64,000 bases of DNA, from assembly GCA_965217895.1 (NCBI GenBank), contig CBDCJV010000002.1, positions 3,648,001 through 3,712,000 on the forward strand. The letters run 5' to 3'. Origin of the DNA: Waterburya sp. Lineage in GTDB: Bacteria > Cyanobacteriota > Cyanobacteriia > Cyanobacteriales > Xenococcaceae. Position numbers and translations under genes: made by a program. Of the stretch, positions 1 through 12,741 are shown piece by piece. A model generated the notes under the pieces. It ran no database searches, had not been told where the DNA came from, and saw only the letters and a list, made by a program, of their open reading frames with translations. How positions within the stretch are numbered: position 1 is the stretch's first letter; the number at the start of each line of letters is the position of its first letter.

Positions 1-554
1 GTCCTCTGGCTGACGTTTAACTGTTGAGCAATTTCGCGATTTGCCATTCCCTTCGCTACTAACTGCACTACCTTTAGTTCTGTAGGAGTTAAATCTACAT
101 TGTGAGGTACGATGATAGTCGGCGCACCGTCTAAGCCTTTATGACGACCTTGTTCCCAACGCTTAAGCTGACTTAAGGAAGATTCTACCTGAGCGACTAA
201 TTCTTCAGGCTCAAAAGGTTTGACCATGTAAACATCTGCACCTTCATTTAACCCTTTGACTCTATCTTGGCTTTGACCTTTAGCCGAGAGAAACAATACG
301 GGAATTCGATTTGTAACTGGTTCTTCACGGATATGTTTTACTAAAGCATATCCATCCATTTCAGGCATCATAACGTCACAAATAATCATGTCAGGAACGT
401 TTTGATCTAGAACTTCTAGAGCTTCCCTGCCGTTTTCTGCTGTATCTACGTTGTATCCTCTAAATTCTAAATAATCTTTAACCAGCAAAATTAAATTTGG
501 GTCATCATCTATGAGCAGCAGTTTTTTATTATCTTTAGTGGAAGTGTCTTTCAT
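1..554 (-). CDS. NarL/LuxR-family response regulator (3'-truncated by window edge)
   Basis: Manual translation from ATG at 554: MKDTSTKDNKKLLLIDDDPNLILLVKDYL...DMIICDVMMPEMDG...FLSAKG...YMVKPFEPEEL (receiver domain), then LTPTELKVVQLVAKGMANREIAQQLNVSQR (LuxR HTH). Absent from the ORF track. Confidence 0.92.
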   Translation of the reverse strand, partial: MKDTSTKDNKKLLLIDDDPNLILLVKDYLEFRGYNVDTAENGREALEVLDQNVPDMIICDVMMPEMDGYALVKHIREEPVTNRIPVLFLSAKGQSQDRVKGLNEGADVYMVKPFEPEELVAQVESSLSQLKRWEQGRHKGLDGAPTIIVPHNVDLTPTELKVVQLVAKGMANREIAQQLNVSQR

Positions 555-968
555 AGGTAATAGTCTTTAGCTTTTAGCTTAGGCGTGAATTAAATTCACT
601 TTTTGTTATGTCTCTCTATTTAATATATAAAGTATGAGAGAGATTACTGAGCGATAAATTTAAGAATATGTTAATTCAACTAGACGGCAAAAAATTAATA
701 TTGTCTGTCATAACTGTGGAATTACACAATATATAATTTAACCTCGATCTGATTTTTCGACACCCTTTTACTGTTAAATTATTTGAAACCTAGCCCTAGT
801 TAAAGTTTTGGTTATCAATAATTTCAAATAGTATTATTTAAAATCCACAACTGGAAAATATTTAATACTTAAGTAATATTTCTTTTTACTCCAGGTATAA
901 TCACCAGAGAAAAATAACATTTAATCACTTTTACTAACAAGAAAGGCACTACTTTTTTACTTATAGTT

Positions 969-1547
969 ATGTTTACTGAACAGCTAACTCAAATAATAAG
1001 ATCCCGTCGTTCTACTAAACCGCGCCTTTTCAATGGTCAGAAAATAAAAGATGAGATCGTTTGGGAGATACTAGAAAATGCTAACTGGGCTCCCAATCAT
1101 GGCTTAACTCAACCTTGGAAATATAAAGTATTTACTGATTCAGGATTAAAAAAGCTGGCCAATTTTCAAGCGGATTTATATAAAAAACTTACTTCCACCG
1201 AAAAATTTCAGTCTGAAAAATGCGATCGCCTGAAGTCTAACGTGCTTAAGTCTTCTCATGTAATTGTTATTTGTATGCAACGGCAAACAACAGAAAAGAT
1301 CCCAGAAATAGAAGAGATCGAAGCTGTTGCCTGTAGCGTGCAAAATATGGCATTAACCGCAGCAGCTTACGAGATTTGCAGCTTTTGGGGATCGGGAGGC
1401 ATTACCTATACGGAAGAATTAAAAAGTTTTCTTGGTTTGGCAGCAAAGGATAAGTGCCTGGGTTATTTGTATCTGGGATATAGCGATAATCCCTGCATGA
1501 AAAGCCGTCGTGAACCAATTAAGAATCAGGTTGAGTGGTTTGATTGA
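969..1547 (+). CDS. Nitroreductase family protein
   Basis: IRSRRS...ANWAPNHGLTQPWKY motif and AVACSVQNMALTAAAYEICSFWGSG. Confidence 0.88.
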   Translation: MFTEQLTQIIRSRRSTKPRLFNGQKIKDEIVWEILENANWAPNHGLTQPWKYKVFTDSGLKKLANFQADLYKKLTSTEKFQSEKCDRLKSNVLKSSHVIVICMQRQTTEKIPEIEEIEAVACSVQNMALTAAAYEICSFWGSGGITYTEELKSFLGLAAKDKCLGYLYLGYSDNPCMKSRREPIKNQVEWFD

Positions 1548-1562
1548 AGTTATTATTAGTTG

Positions 1563-3608
<2,046 letters not shown>

Positions 3609-3675
3609 TCATTTAACATTTATCATTGGTTTGGAGGTAGGCTTAAAACCAATGATAAATGTTCAATAGTTAAGA

Positions 3676-4248
3676 TCATGAATCAGAGTTAAGCAGTCTA
3701 TCAACTTCTAAGGGGCTTTTCCCGAAACAACTATTTATTATTTTAGTGACTTCCTCACTCTTTAATCCAGGCAAATAAATACTTGCTGTTTTTTCCAAAT
3801 ATCCAACACTATCTTTAACAAAAAACCTAATTTTATTTTGTTCCCAGATCCAAACTTCAGGAATGTTTAAATACTGATATTTGGTCAGATCGTCTATGTT
3901 ACCTGAAGTAAGATTAACTTCAACCGCCAGATCGGGCTTTTCTTTATTTATACTAAAAGAGTAAGCTATATCTGGCTCTTTTCCTTCTTGCCCTTCCTGC
4001 TTTAATCTAGTTTGGTTAAAAGTATAGGGAAGCAACTTAATTTGGCGACAATACCCCCAGATAACTGCTCGAATCAAATCGCCGATCATTTCATGATTTC
4101 GCCCAGGGGACACAATAGTTATAACTCGATTACGAAAGGAGACTAAATGATGAGGAAGTTCTAAATTTTCGTATTCCTCCCAAGAGGCATCTGTAATTAC
4201 CAAAGCGCGATCGCTATTTTGTGTTCCAATAGCTAATTGATTCAACAA
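3676..4248 (-). CDS. Uma2-family endonuclease
   Basis: SWEEYE N-terminus, GKEPDIAY, PDLAVEV, YQYLNIPEVWIW; start codon uncertain. Confidence 0.88.
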   Translation of the reverse strand: MLNQLAIGTQNSDRALVITDASWEEYENLELPHHLVSFRNRVITIVSPGRNHEMIGDLIRAVIWGYCRQIKLLPYTFNQTRLKQEGQEGKEPDIAYSFSINKEKPDLAVEVNLTSGNIDDLTKYQYLNIPEVWIWEQNKIRFFVKDSVGYLEKTASIYLPGLKSEEVTKIINSCFGKSPLEVDRLLNSDS

Positions 4249-4335
4249 TGTTAATCCTCTCTAGCAAGCGATCGACTTTAATGCAATTATACTTTGTTAT
4301 CTTTCTCTAATCATCTACATCATAGGTAAATAACA

Positions 4336-5157
4336 TTGGTTTTTGACCTAGAGTCATACAAACAAGTTTGGCAAAGACTCAATCAGAGTCAAATAGTTAC
4401 TCAACTAAATTCTATTCAGTCTATTCCTTTATACGTCTTTGACAGCATTCCTTCAACTAATATAAAACTCTGGGACTTAATTGATAGTGGAGTAAAAACT
4501 CCTGTAGGTATAATCGCCCTTCAACAAACCGCAGGCAGAGGACAATGGGGTAAAAATTGGGTTTCAACAGAAGGTGGACTATATTTATCTGTTGCTCTAG
4601 ATCTAGATTTAAACATTCAAAACAATCCTCATTTAGTAATGGCGACAGCCTGGGGAATTGCGACGGTTTTACGACATCATGAGTTACCAGTAACTATTAA
4701 ATGGTCGAATGATTTGATTTTAAATCAGCGTAAGTTAGGCGGGATAAAAATTGAAACTCGTAACTTGCAAAATAAAATAGCCAAAGCAGTTGTGGGAGTG
4801 GGAATCAATTGGTGTAATTATGTTCCTGATGTTGGTATTAATCTTAAGTCTTGTTATCAAAATAAACCCCAGCCAAACATTGCATCTCTAGAAGAATTAG
4901 CAGCAATTACTGCTTACGGAATCGTCTTCGGATATCAATATTATTTAGCAGTAGGAATTGAGCAATTATTAGCTGATTATCTTACAATACTCAATAGCTT
5001 AGGCAAACAAGTAACAGTGAATAACTGTTCTGGGGAAGTAATGGGAGTAACTACAGACGGTAAGTTAAAAGTAAAATTGCGATCGCCTGGAGCAACTACA
5101 GAAATTTATCTTGCCCCTGGACAACTCAGTTTGGGATATCAAAACAACAACAACTAA
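4336..5157 (+). CDS. birA: Biotin--[acetyl-CoA-carboxylase] ligase
   Basis: SIPSTN, QQTAGRGQWGKNWVS, IKWSNDLILNQRKLGGI. Confidence 0.93.
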   Translation: MVFDLESYKQVWQRLNQSQIVTQLNSIQSIPLYVFDSIPSTNIKLWDLIDSGVKTPVGIIALQQTAGRGQWGKNWVSTEGGLYLSVALDLDLNIQNNPHLVMATAWGIATVLRHHELPVTIKWSNDLILNQRKLGGIKIETRNLQNKIAKAVVGVGINWCNYVPDVGINLKSCYQNKPQPNIASLEELAAITAYGIVFGYQYYLAVGIEQLLADYLTILNSLGKQVTVNNCSGEVMGVTTDGKLKVKLRSPGATTEIYLAPGQLSLGYQNNNN

Positions 5158-5222
5158 GTTGAGTCGCTATGGAAAGCAAAAATCTAGTTTTTCTTCAATT
5201 GTAGATGATTTAATTATTTTAC

Positions 5223-6254
5223 TTACCTAATTTTCATCAAAGATGGCGATCGCTTTAACTGTGATAAATTAACATTTCCCGTACAAAACATAACTGTTTT
5301 AATTTCAGCAATCAATAATTCAATTAACTCGTCTATGGCTGATTCTGATTCGGATGCAACCTGAAGAAAAGGAAAGGCTAATCCTGCCAAATCTGCCCCT
5401 AAGGCGAGCGCTTTTGCCACTTCCATACCATCTCGTAAGCCTCCCGAAGCAATTAGAGGTAAGTCTGAATATTGTTGGCGAATTTGGACAATACAGTCGG
5501 CAGTGGAAATCCCCCAGTCGGCAAAGGTTCTGCCTAATCTCCACTGTAAATTGGTTTCTGCTCTTTCGCTTTCTACTTTTGCCCAGGATGTTCCTCCTGC
5601 ACCTGCTACATCAATGACATCTATCCCTGCTTCAATTAGCTTCGTTGTCATGGTTGCAGATATACCGTTGCCAACTTCTTTAGCAATTACGGGTACGCTT
5701 ATTTGCTGACATAGCTGTTTTATTTTGGCTAACAAACCTCTAAATTTCGTATCGCCGCTGGGTTGGATACATTCTTGTAAAGGGTTAAGATGCAGAATCA
5801 GCGCATCAGCTTTTAAAATATCTACGACTCTCAAACACTGCTCAATGCCATAGGTATAATTAAGCTGTACCGCGCCCAAGTTAGCAAACAGTATAGCATC
5901 AGGAGCAAGCGATCGCACGTCGAAAGTATGCGCTACATCAGGATTTTCTACTGCAATCCGTTGTGAACCAACCCCCATCGCCAAACCGTGTTTTTGGGCT
6001 GCTATGGCTAAACGAGAGTTAATCATTTTTGCCTGTTCTGTTCCTCCCGTCATGGAAGAGATTAGTATGGGTGCATTTAAAGTTTTACCGAGAAATTTTA
6101 GACTTAAATCAACTTCGCTTAAGTTAATTTCAGGTAAACAGGAGTGTTCAAAACGATATTTATCTAATCCATTAGTTAAATTACGAAACTGAACATCTTC
6201 CTCCAGACAAATACGCAGATGATCGGCTTTCCTAGTTTGCGTATTGGTCATCAA
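5223..6254 (-). CDS. fni: Type 2 isopentenyl-diphosphate delta-isomerase
   Basis: [42 protein letters not shown]. Confidence 0.96.
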   Translation of the reverse strand: MMTNTQTRKADHLRICLEEDVQFRNLTNGLDKYRFEHSCLPEINLSEVDLSLKFLGKTLNAPILISSMTGGTEQAKMINSRLAIAAQKHGLAMGVGSQRIAVENPDVAHTFDVRSLAPDAILFANLGAVQLNYTYGIEQCLRVVDILKADALILHLNPLQECIQPSGDTKFRGLLAKIKQLCQQISVPVIAKEVGNGISATMTTKLIEAGIDVIDVAGAGGTSWAKVESERAETNLQWRLGRTFADWGISTADCIVQIRQQYSDLPLIASGGLRDGMEVAKALALGADLAGLAFPFLQVASESESAIDELIELLIAEIKTVMFCTGNVNLSQLKRSPSLMKIR

Positions 6255-6391
6255 TTTTTAACTCCTTAATAAATAACTATATCAATTTACGTTTAATATG
6301 CTTATTCTTGCCTGTTTCAGGCACATCGTAATTTAATTTTTGCAATATTATATTACAGTAAAAAACTAAATACCTGGTTGACTGACAAAAC

Positions 6392-6704
6392 TTACGAAAT
6401 CAGTTCCGTGTGTACAAACCATCTATCTGCCAGGAGAATTACCTTTACTGACCCTGGTAATCTTACCTGTGCTTGTTGAATGATTCATTTCTCGATAATC
6501 GGCAAATGCAACACTGGCACTGTCATGTCTCATCACTCTCTAAACTAGGGGTAATGCTCTCAGATGCGGCTAAAGCCTTTCTCGATGAATTACACTTAGG
6601 CGTATTAAACAATATTCATCCCAAAATAGAGAAGTATCTAGTGCCAAAAAGATGCTCAATTCTGACCAATCAACTAAAGCAGCTTGAATCAGTGATTTGT
6701 ATAG
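6392..6704 (-). pseudogene. Degraded IS4-like DDE transposase fragment
   Basis: Minus strand reads LYKSLIQAALVDWSELSIFLALDTSLFWDEYCLIRLSVIHR[insert]RALPLV*RVMRHDSASVAFADYREM, then after a frameshift AQVRLPGSVKVILLADRWFVHTELIS*. LALDTS and LLADR(G)F-like motifs are typical of cyanobacterial IS4-family transposases. Confidence 0.8.
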
Positions 6705-7020
6705 TCATTCCAATTAATTTCCTCGTGATTGACTGGTTTTAAGTCAGAAGTCAGGATGTTTAGCCTGTTTGCAAACTCATATTTAAAGTATGTTTTGATA
6801 ATCGGATTTGATATATTGCGCTTTTGGGTTGAGTAGAACACAAAAGTTTAATCTGAAAAGCTAATAGCTAATAGCTAAAAACCAGTTAATCTCGAACGTA
6901 GTCTACCCAATTGAGCGTGGCGGATGCCGAACCTGCGTCGGCATATCCAACCACGCTGTTGAAAATTGCTGTAATTCGCTCAAGATTGGATTTACTAATA
7001 TTCACTGAGTTCGAGATCGT

Positions 7021-7068
7021 AAAAAGGGCAAGTATGCTCAAAACAACTTTTTTTAGCGTACCTGCCCT
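7021..7068 (-). terminator. Stem-loop terminator downstream of the DUF4912 gene
   Basis: Minus strand AGGGCAGGTACGCT...AGCATACTTGCCCT followed by a T tract. Confidence 0.6.
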
Positions 7069-7115
7069 AAAAATTGGTTTTTATCCCAATCTGCTTAACT
7101 CGAACTTAGATTGAT

Positions 7116-8351
7116 TTAAGCAAACCATTCTTCGACCGCTTCAGCTTTAGTATTGGTATTGCGAGAAGTAGTTTCACGTTCAAAGTTCATATGAATTGAA
7201 CGAGTTTGCTCACCATCAACCGCTACTGCCTTGATAGGATAGTCAATAACACCATCTTGGAAAGACATCTGGAAGCGGAAAGTGCCGTCAGAATTAAGTT
7301 TAATTTGGCGATCGCCAATAGTTACCGTTGCATCAGGCTCTGTTGCACCATAAACAATAAGTTCGGCATCAGCCACTAGCCAAAATTGACGAGGACGAGC
7401 AGCAATATCTCCAGAGAAACCTGCACCAGACATATTTTGTCCAGAAGCAGTTGGTAAAGCCCACATTCCTGCACCAGAAGGGAATACATAGGAGCTAACC
7501 GCTGATTCAGGGGTTTGCTGCATTGAACCAAACAAAGAACCTGCCATCCGCATAGATTCGGTGGATTGAGTCATGCCGAAGACAGCGTTGTAAAGGCGAT
7601 CGCCTTCGGGAGCATTCATATTTGTATTTGTACTTGCGGTCTGCTTCTTAGCAGGAGGCACAAGCTCATAAAGGGTCTTACCTTTGATATCGTCCTGCCA
7701 GTCTACGGTAATAAAAGCATCCTCAATCCAATCAGAAGGATAGACAGGAGGAATGCTTACCGAAGCAGAGCGAGCTAATACCAGCCAGCGACCATCAGCA
7801 CAGCGATAGCCAATGTCGGCAACATAATCGCGATCGCTTACGGGAATAGGCAAATACCATTCTCTTGCCATCTCATCACAGAGATATTCCTGTACGCTAT
7901 GGGGTGCTTGACTGTTGATCTCAATATCTGTCACATCATAGATACGCAAAGCTAGCTGTTGCCCGCCTTGGCGACGCAACTCTTCTTTGTGAACATTAGG
8001 AACGTCCCAGTAAGCATAAGCCCACTGTGGATCGCGAGGCATCAACACAATACGGCTGTCTCCATAACCGTCAGGAAGCTCTCCCAAATCTTGATCGACA
8101 GAAGCAAGGCTTTCCCTTAAATTATCTTCTTGACCGACTTCAAATTTCGTAGCTTTCACTTGTTGTTCCTCCTGGGTGGCTGATTGATTTTGAGAGAATT
8201 TTTCTGGTTCTGTTTTATTAATTGCTTCTTTGATAGAAGTTAGCAGTTGTGCTTTACGCATTCTGCTATAACGGGATATTTTATATTCGCTGGCAACTTT
8301 TCTAAGCTGCCTCAAGGTCATTTCTTCTAATGGTGGTCGTTCTTTCGCCAT
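7116..8351 (-). CDS. DUF4912 domain protein with Rho-N-like N-terminal motif
   Basis: LEEMTLRQLRKVASEYKISRYSRMRKAQL; LPDGYGDSRIVLMPRDPQWAYAYWD; FWLVADAELIVYGATEPDA. Confidence 0.88.
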   Translation of the reverse strand: MAKERPPLEEMTLRQLRKVASEYKISRYSRMRKAQLLTSIKEAINKTEPEKFSQNQSATQEEQQVKATKFEVGQEDNLRESLASVDQDLGELPDGYGDSRIVLMPRDPQWAYAYWDVPNVHKEELRRQGGQQLALRIYDVTDIEINSQAPHSVQEYLCDEMAREWYLPIPVSDRDYVADIGYRCADGRWLVLARSASVSIPPVYPSDWIEDAFITVDWQDDIKGKTLYELVPPAKKQTASTNTNMNAPEGDRLYNAVFGMTQSTESMRMAGSLFGSMQQTPESAVSSYVFPSGAGMWALPTASGQNMSGAGFSGDIAARPRQFWLVADAELIVYGATEPDATVTIGDRQIKLNSDGTFRFQMSFQDGVIDYPIKAVAVDGEQTRSIHMNFERETTSRNTNTKAEAVEEWFA

Positions 8352-8639
8352 TGACTTACAGCCTCCGATTAGTTAGACGGTGTTTAGCTGCTTACAGCCA
8401 TATTTAAGACAGAGAAATTAGAATTTCGTCAGTCTTTCAACCTTAATTTTCGTCTACTTAATATTCTTATTTATTTGTACGTGGGTGGGAAAGGTCTTAA
8501 CCACTTAAATATGTTATAGCAACAAATTAAGTCAGGGGATCAAGATAGAACCAGCAAAAACTAAATGAATAACGAGTTTATTAGACTTTAGCTTCTTTTT
8601 TATCATGTAAACATGACATTTGCTGAGACTGCTCCCAAT

Positions 8640-8683
8640 GAAAAGGAGATTATGTCACAAAAACATGACATAATCTCCTTTTC
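8640..8683. terminator. Perfect 18-bp inverted repeat, probable terminator
   Basis: GAAAAGGAGATTATGTCA-caaaaaca-TGACATAATCTCCTTTTC. Confidence 0.65.
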
Positions 8684-8801
8684 TTAACTGCTATGATTTA
8701 AAACTGTATATCACTCAATTTTTTGCATCAAGTCACAACAAAATCAATCAAATATTTGAGAGCTTAAATGTAGTCAGAGATTACTCCGCCCGTTGGTCAT
8801 T

Positions 8802-9128
8802 CTATTTTTTAAAAGAAAAAGACTTTGGTGTGTGAGGAAAATATTGTATTTCGTTATAGCTATCTAATTTATTTTCTTGCTTTTCCTGTTTTATTTGGTG
8901 AGGTTTTTTTGTCAAACCCAGCTTGTTTAGTAGAAAATATGTACCTACCCCTAAAACTGCTCCCAATGCAAGTCCAATAGCAATCAATTTAATAAAAATT
9001 TTCTCTAACTGTTTTTTGCGAACTGCAACGTTTTTGGCTGATAAATTGGCATCTATATTATCTGTATTTTTATTAGAGTTAGAGTTTTTAGGCAGATCTC
9101 GATCAAAATTATCTTCTGGTTGGTACAT
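8802..9128 (-). CDS. Hypothetical single-pass membrane protein
   Basis: One hydrophobic helix (IFIKLIAIGLALGAVLGVGTYFLL); same strand, downstream of rpmA. Confidence 0.7.
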   Translation of the reverse strand: MYQPEDNFDRDLPKNSNSNKNTDNIDANLSAKNVAVRKKQLEKIFIKLIAIGLALGAVLGVGTYFLLNKLGLTKKPHQIKQEKQENKLDSYNEIQYFPHTPKSFSFKK

Positions 9129-9179
9129 TAGACAGAACCCTGAAACTTACTTTTAATGATTGATTCTAGTTTAACTCCA

Positions 9180-9212
9180 TAAAAAAAACACTCATATAAA
9201 TGAGTGCTGTTT
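9180..9212 (-). terminator. Rho-independent terminator after rpmA
   Basis: Minus strand GCACTCAT-ttat-ATGAGTGT followed by a long T tract. Confidence 0.7.
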
Positions 9213-9244
9213 ATTTAAAAATTAGTTAGATCGAAACGATTTAC

Positions 9245-9514
9245 TTATGCTGCAACTTCAGCAGCAGGGTAAACGCTGACCTTTTTTTGTCCTCTTTTTC
9301 TAAATTCAAACTTGACAACGCCGTGGACTAAAGAATACAAAGTATCATCTTTACCACGTCCTACATTATTACCAGGATGAAATTTAGTTCCTCTTTGGCG
9401 AACTATAATACTTCCTGCTGTAACTTCTTGACCACCATAACGCTTAACGCCAAGGCGTTTAGAATTAGAATCACGACCATTACGAGTACTACCCGTTCCT
9501 TTCTTATGAGCCAT
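9245..9514 (-). CDS. rpmA: 50S ribosomal protein L27
   Basis: [24 protein letters not shown]. Confidence 0.99.
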   Translation of the reverse strand: MAHKKGTGSTRNGRDSNSKRLGVKRYGGQEVTAGSIIVRQRGTKFHPGNNVGRGKDDTLYSLVHGVVKFEFRKRGQKKVSVYPAAEVAA

Positions 9515-9556
9515 TTTATCTTCCTCTGTGAATTTTGCTGATAAATTAATGCCTGT

Positions 9557-9949
9557 TTACTCTGCCGTAGCTGCTTCTACTTCTGATGCTTCTACTTCTG
9601 ATGCTTCTACTTCAGCTTTAGCAATAGTTGAACCATTCAAACTAATAGAATCAATCATCAAGCGAGTTAATTCTTGACGATGACCACGCTTTTTGCGAGT
9701 TTTCTTTTTAGGCTGCATTTTATAGACAATGACTTTTTTGCCTCGTCTATGACGCATTACAGTACCTTCTACGGTAGCACCTTCAATCAAAGGACGACCA
9801 ACAGTAACTTCGTTGTCGTTGTTTACCAATAAAACTTTGTCTATGGTGTAGCTAGATTCAGGATCGGCAGCTAGTAAATTAATATCGTAAAAACGACCAG
9901 GTTCAACCTGAATTTGTGTACCGCCGATTTCAACAATTGCGTAAGTCAT
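9557..9949 (-). CDS. rplU: 50S ribosomal protein L21
   Basis: [10 protein letters not shown]...[17 protein letters not shown]; adjacent to rpmA. Confidence 0.99.
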   Translation of the reverse strand: MTYAIVEIGGTQIQVEPGRFYDINLLAADPESSYTIDKVLLVNNDNEVTVGRPLIEGATVEGTVMRHRRGKKVIVYKMQPKKKTRKKRGHRQELTRLMIDSISLNGSTIAKAEVEASEVEASEVEAATAE

Positions 9950-10168
9950 AAAATTTATCTATTGTGATATTGCCGTAAGGGTAGCCATGTCAAACTAAAG
10001 GCGACTGAAACTTCAATCGCAATACCTAGTTTCTAACCTTGGCGTTTATTTAAAAACCCGATCCGAGCAGGTATTGAGTGCCCAATCTCTTATTCTCTTG
10101 AGTTATTTTAATTTTGTCAAGATTTTTAATAAGCTTTCGGCTTTCAGCTATTAGCCGTCAGCTTTTTA

Positions 10169-10209
10169 AATTGTAGACGAAACAACGTATTTAGGTTTCG
10201 TCTACAATT
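10169..10209 (-). terminator. 15-bp inverted repeat downstream of chlB
   Basis: AATTGTAGACGAAAC...GTTTCGTCTACAATT. Confidence 0.6.
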
Positions 10210-10252
10210 CTATTTTAAATTTACGTCAAATTAACTGCTGACCTATAACTGT

Positions 10253-11779
10253 CTATGCGCCGACAGATTCTTTAGCAGCATACATTACTTCTAAAGTAAT
10301 TTCTGATAAATTGCGATCGCGGGCAAACTTTTCGGTATTGCGTTTGACCTTACCTCGTACAAAACCAGGAATTTTACCTAGTTCTACCTTGGCTTCTTTA
10401 TCCCAGTTTAAATCTGAATCAGCCGAAATACCTTTGGTAATAACTTCTTTGGTATCGTGTCCGCCAAAGATTTCTAAGAGGTGATCTTCCATACCCAAAG
10501 TGAAAGAGTTATAAACCAAATCAGCAATTTGATTAGTTCCTTCGTAACCCATAAATGGCTTGTAGCCAATGGGGAAGTTCTGAATGTGAATTGGTGCCGC
10601 AATTACGCCACAGGGAATGTCTAAACGTTTACCTACATGGCGTTCCATCTGTGTCCCAAAAATAGCTGAAGGTTCGTGACGAGCGATCGCATCGCCAATT
10701 GCACCATTGTCATCACTAATTAAAACTTCGTCGCAATATTCGCTTACCTGTTCTCTAAACCAATCCTCGTCATACTTACAATAAGTACCAGCCAAGACAA
10801 CCTGAATCCCCATTTCTCTGGCTAGAATCTTAGTCATAGCTGCTGCATGGGTGTTATCGCCAAACACCACCGCTTTTTTACCTGTCAGGTTTTGACAGTC
10901 AATTGAACGAGAAAACCAGGCTGCTTGAGATACATAGAGAGTTTGGTTATTAATATATTTTTCGTAGTCTACTTCTGCACCCTGAGCATTAACTACCTGC
11001 TGGATTTTGCGAATACAGCGGGCAGTCTCGACTACACCCATCGGCGCAATGTCTACACAGGGCATAGAAAACTCAGACTCTAAGTATTCCGCCGTCATCA
11101 TGCCCAACTCGCGATAGGGAACAAGATTAAACCAGGCACGGGGTAAATTCTTAAGATTATGTACCGAAGCACCATCAGGAATAACTTCGTTTACCTCAAT
11201 TCCCAAGTCCGCCATTAAGCGTTTTAACTCAGTGCAATCATGCTGGTTATGAAAACCTAGGGTAGAAATACCGATAATATTTACCGAGGGTTTTTCAGTT
11301 TTAGCTGTGGGCAATTCCTCTTTTTTACGTGCTTTTTCCAGATAAAACTTAACTACCTGATGCAAAGTGCGATCGGCTGCCTGTAACTCATTGTAGCGAT
11401 AGTGGTTTACATCAGCCAGCATCACGTCCCCTTGGGTATCCATTGAGGCACGGCTAACAAAGTTTTGTAAGTCTTCCTGCAAAATACTAGAGGTGCAGGT
11501 AGGAGTAAGCACAATCAGATCTGGACGTTCTTCTCGATCTTTACGGGTAATATTATCTACTACTTTTTCTTGTGAACCCCGTGCCAAAACATTTCTGTCT
11601 ACAATGCTGGCGGTAACGGGGGTAAAGTTACGCTCTCTTTCTAGCATCGATCGCATGACGTTAAAATAATCATCTCCCAAAGGAGCGTGCATAATAGCGT
11701 GAACATTTTTAAAAGAACTAGCAATGCGTAAAGTGCCGATGTGTGCTGGGCCTGCATACATCCAGTAAGCTAACTTCAT
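10253..11779 (-). CDS. chlB: Light-independent protochlorophyllide reductase subunit B
   Basis: [40 protein letters not shown]-terminal [18 protein letters not shown]. Confidence 0.99.
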   Translation of the reverse strand: MKLAYWMYAGPAHIGTLRIASSFKNVHAIMHAPLGDDYFNVMRSMLERERNFTPVTASIVDRNVLARGSQEKVVDNITRKDREERPDLIVLTPTCTSSILQEDLQNFVSRASMDTQGDVMLADVNHYRYNELQAADRTLHQVVKFYLEKARKKEELPTAKTEKPSVNIIGISTLGFHNQHDCTELKRLMADLGIEVNEVIPDGASVHNLKNLPRAWFNLVPYRELGMMTAEYLESEFSMPCVDIAPMGVVETARCIRKIQQVVNAQGAEVDYEKYINNQTLYVSQAAWFSRSIDCQNLTGKKAVVFGDNTHAAAMTKILAREMGIQVVLAGTYCKYDEDWFREQVSEYCDEVLISDDNGAIGDAIARHEPSAIFGTQMERHVGKRLDIPCGVIAAPIHIQNFPIGYKPFMGYEGTNQIADLVYNSFTLGMEDHLLEIFGGHDTKEVITKGISADSDLNWDKEAKVELGKIPGFVRGKVKRNTEKFARDRNLSEITLEVMYAAKESVGA

Positions 11780-12027
11780 TATGTATTTTCTCCTAAATTA
11801 GATTAACGGAATAAGTTTAGATATTTGGATAGAAAATGGCGTTTAAATATTAAAAACTTAGTTTTGATTGTCTCAGAATTAGGGGAGAGAGTGCGACTAG
11901 TCAATATGCGTAAAAATTCGGAATATAATTATCGCCACATTCTTTTGCTGAAGATGGTTTCAGCTTGCCACCGTCAGGGTAATACAGCAAGTTTTTGAGC
12001 AATAAATCTTAATGCTTAATGTCAATC

Positions 12028-12441
12028 TCAATTCAGTGAAGATTGCTCTATTTCTTTCAGCGTCGCCACTGTTGCAGCAATTTGCAGCTTAATATATCGC
12101 CTTAAATTTATAATTACCGAACTTTGAGAACGAAGCTTTTCACATAGCTTTTCCTTTGAATCTGCACTTTCGCTAGCATAGTCTACATCTGTTTGAATAA
12201 AGTCAAGTAAAGATGGAGAAAGATTATTAATAAAAAATGGCAGCTCAGTATCAGGGTAATTGATTAAAGGATTATTCTCGTCGTCAAGCTCTTCAAGATC
12301 TAGGAGTATTTTAAGCGACTGATGAGTTTCATCTAATACAGCCCCAAGCATTCGATATCTATATTCTAAAAGCTTTTTAACAAGTAGTATATCTTCTTGG
12401 GGGCTAGCGCACTGTAATGCTAGTGCCGTATCTTTAGACAT
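12028..12441 (-). CDS. Hypothetical helical protein, divergent from the putative biosynthetic cluster
   Basis: 137-aa ORF in otherwise gene-free space; no family recognised. Confidence 0.6.
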   Translation of the reverse strand: MSKDTALALQCASPQEDILLVKKLLEYRYRMLGAVLDETHQSLKILLDLEELDDENNPLINYPDTELPFFINNLSPSLLDFIQTDVDYASESADSKEKLCEKLRSQSSVIINLRRYIKLQIAATVATLKEIEQSSLN

Positions 12442-12549
12442 AATAATTTTTCAACTAAAGCGATCGCAATGAAGGCATCTTAGCATTTTCAACAACAGTT
12501 AGGATAGACATAAGCAGTTCAACAAACTTTTAAAAGCCTTGCAGAAAAA

Positions 12550-12628
12550 GGCGTTGGTAATTTGATGTATGAAGCACAAAGTATGTCTGCTCGTAGCTAT
12601 CAGCTATTAGCTCTTAGCTCTTTATCTA
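12550..12628 (+). mobile_element. Partial MITE (left end), same family as 21819..21940
   Basis: GGCGTTGGTAATTTGATGTATGAAGCACAAAGTAT...GTAGCTAT...TTAGCTCTTAGCT aligns with the 21819 copy; no right TIR seen. Confidence 0.65.
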
Positions 12629-12741
12629 AATTTTATCTGAACTATAGTCAACACATAGTGTATATTTAGGATTTAATTCCCATATTTAATCAAAGAGAGT
12701 TTTTTCTCGGATGAGTAAAAAAGTACAATCATGCCCACTAG

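Noticed and set aside
6473..6742. 89-aa plus-strand ORF
   Set aside because: Antisense shadow of the transposase remnant.
9575..9617. 15-bp tandem repeat in the rplU 3' end
   Set aside because: Ordinary low-complexity acidic tail (SEVEA repeats).
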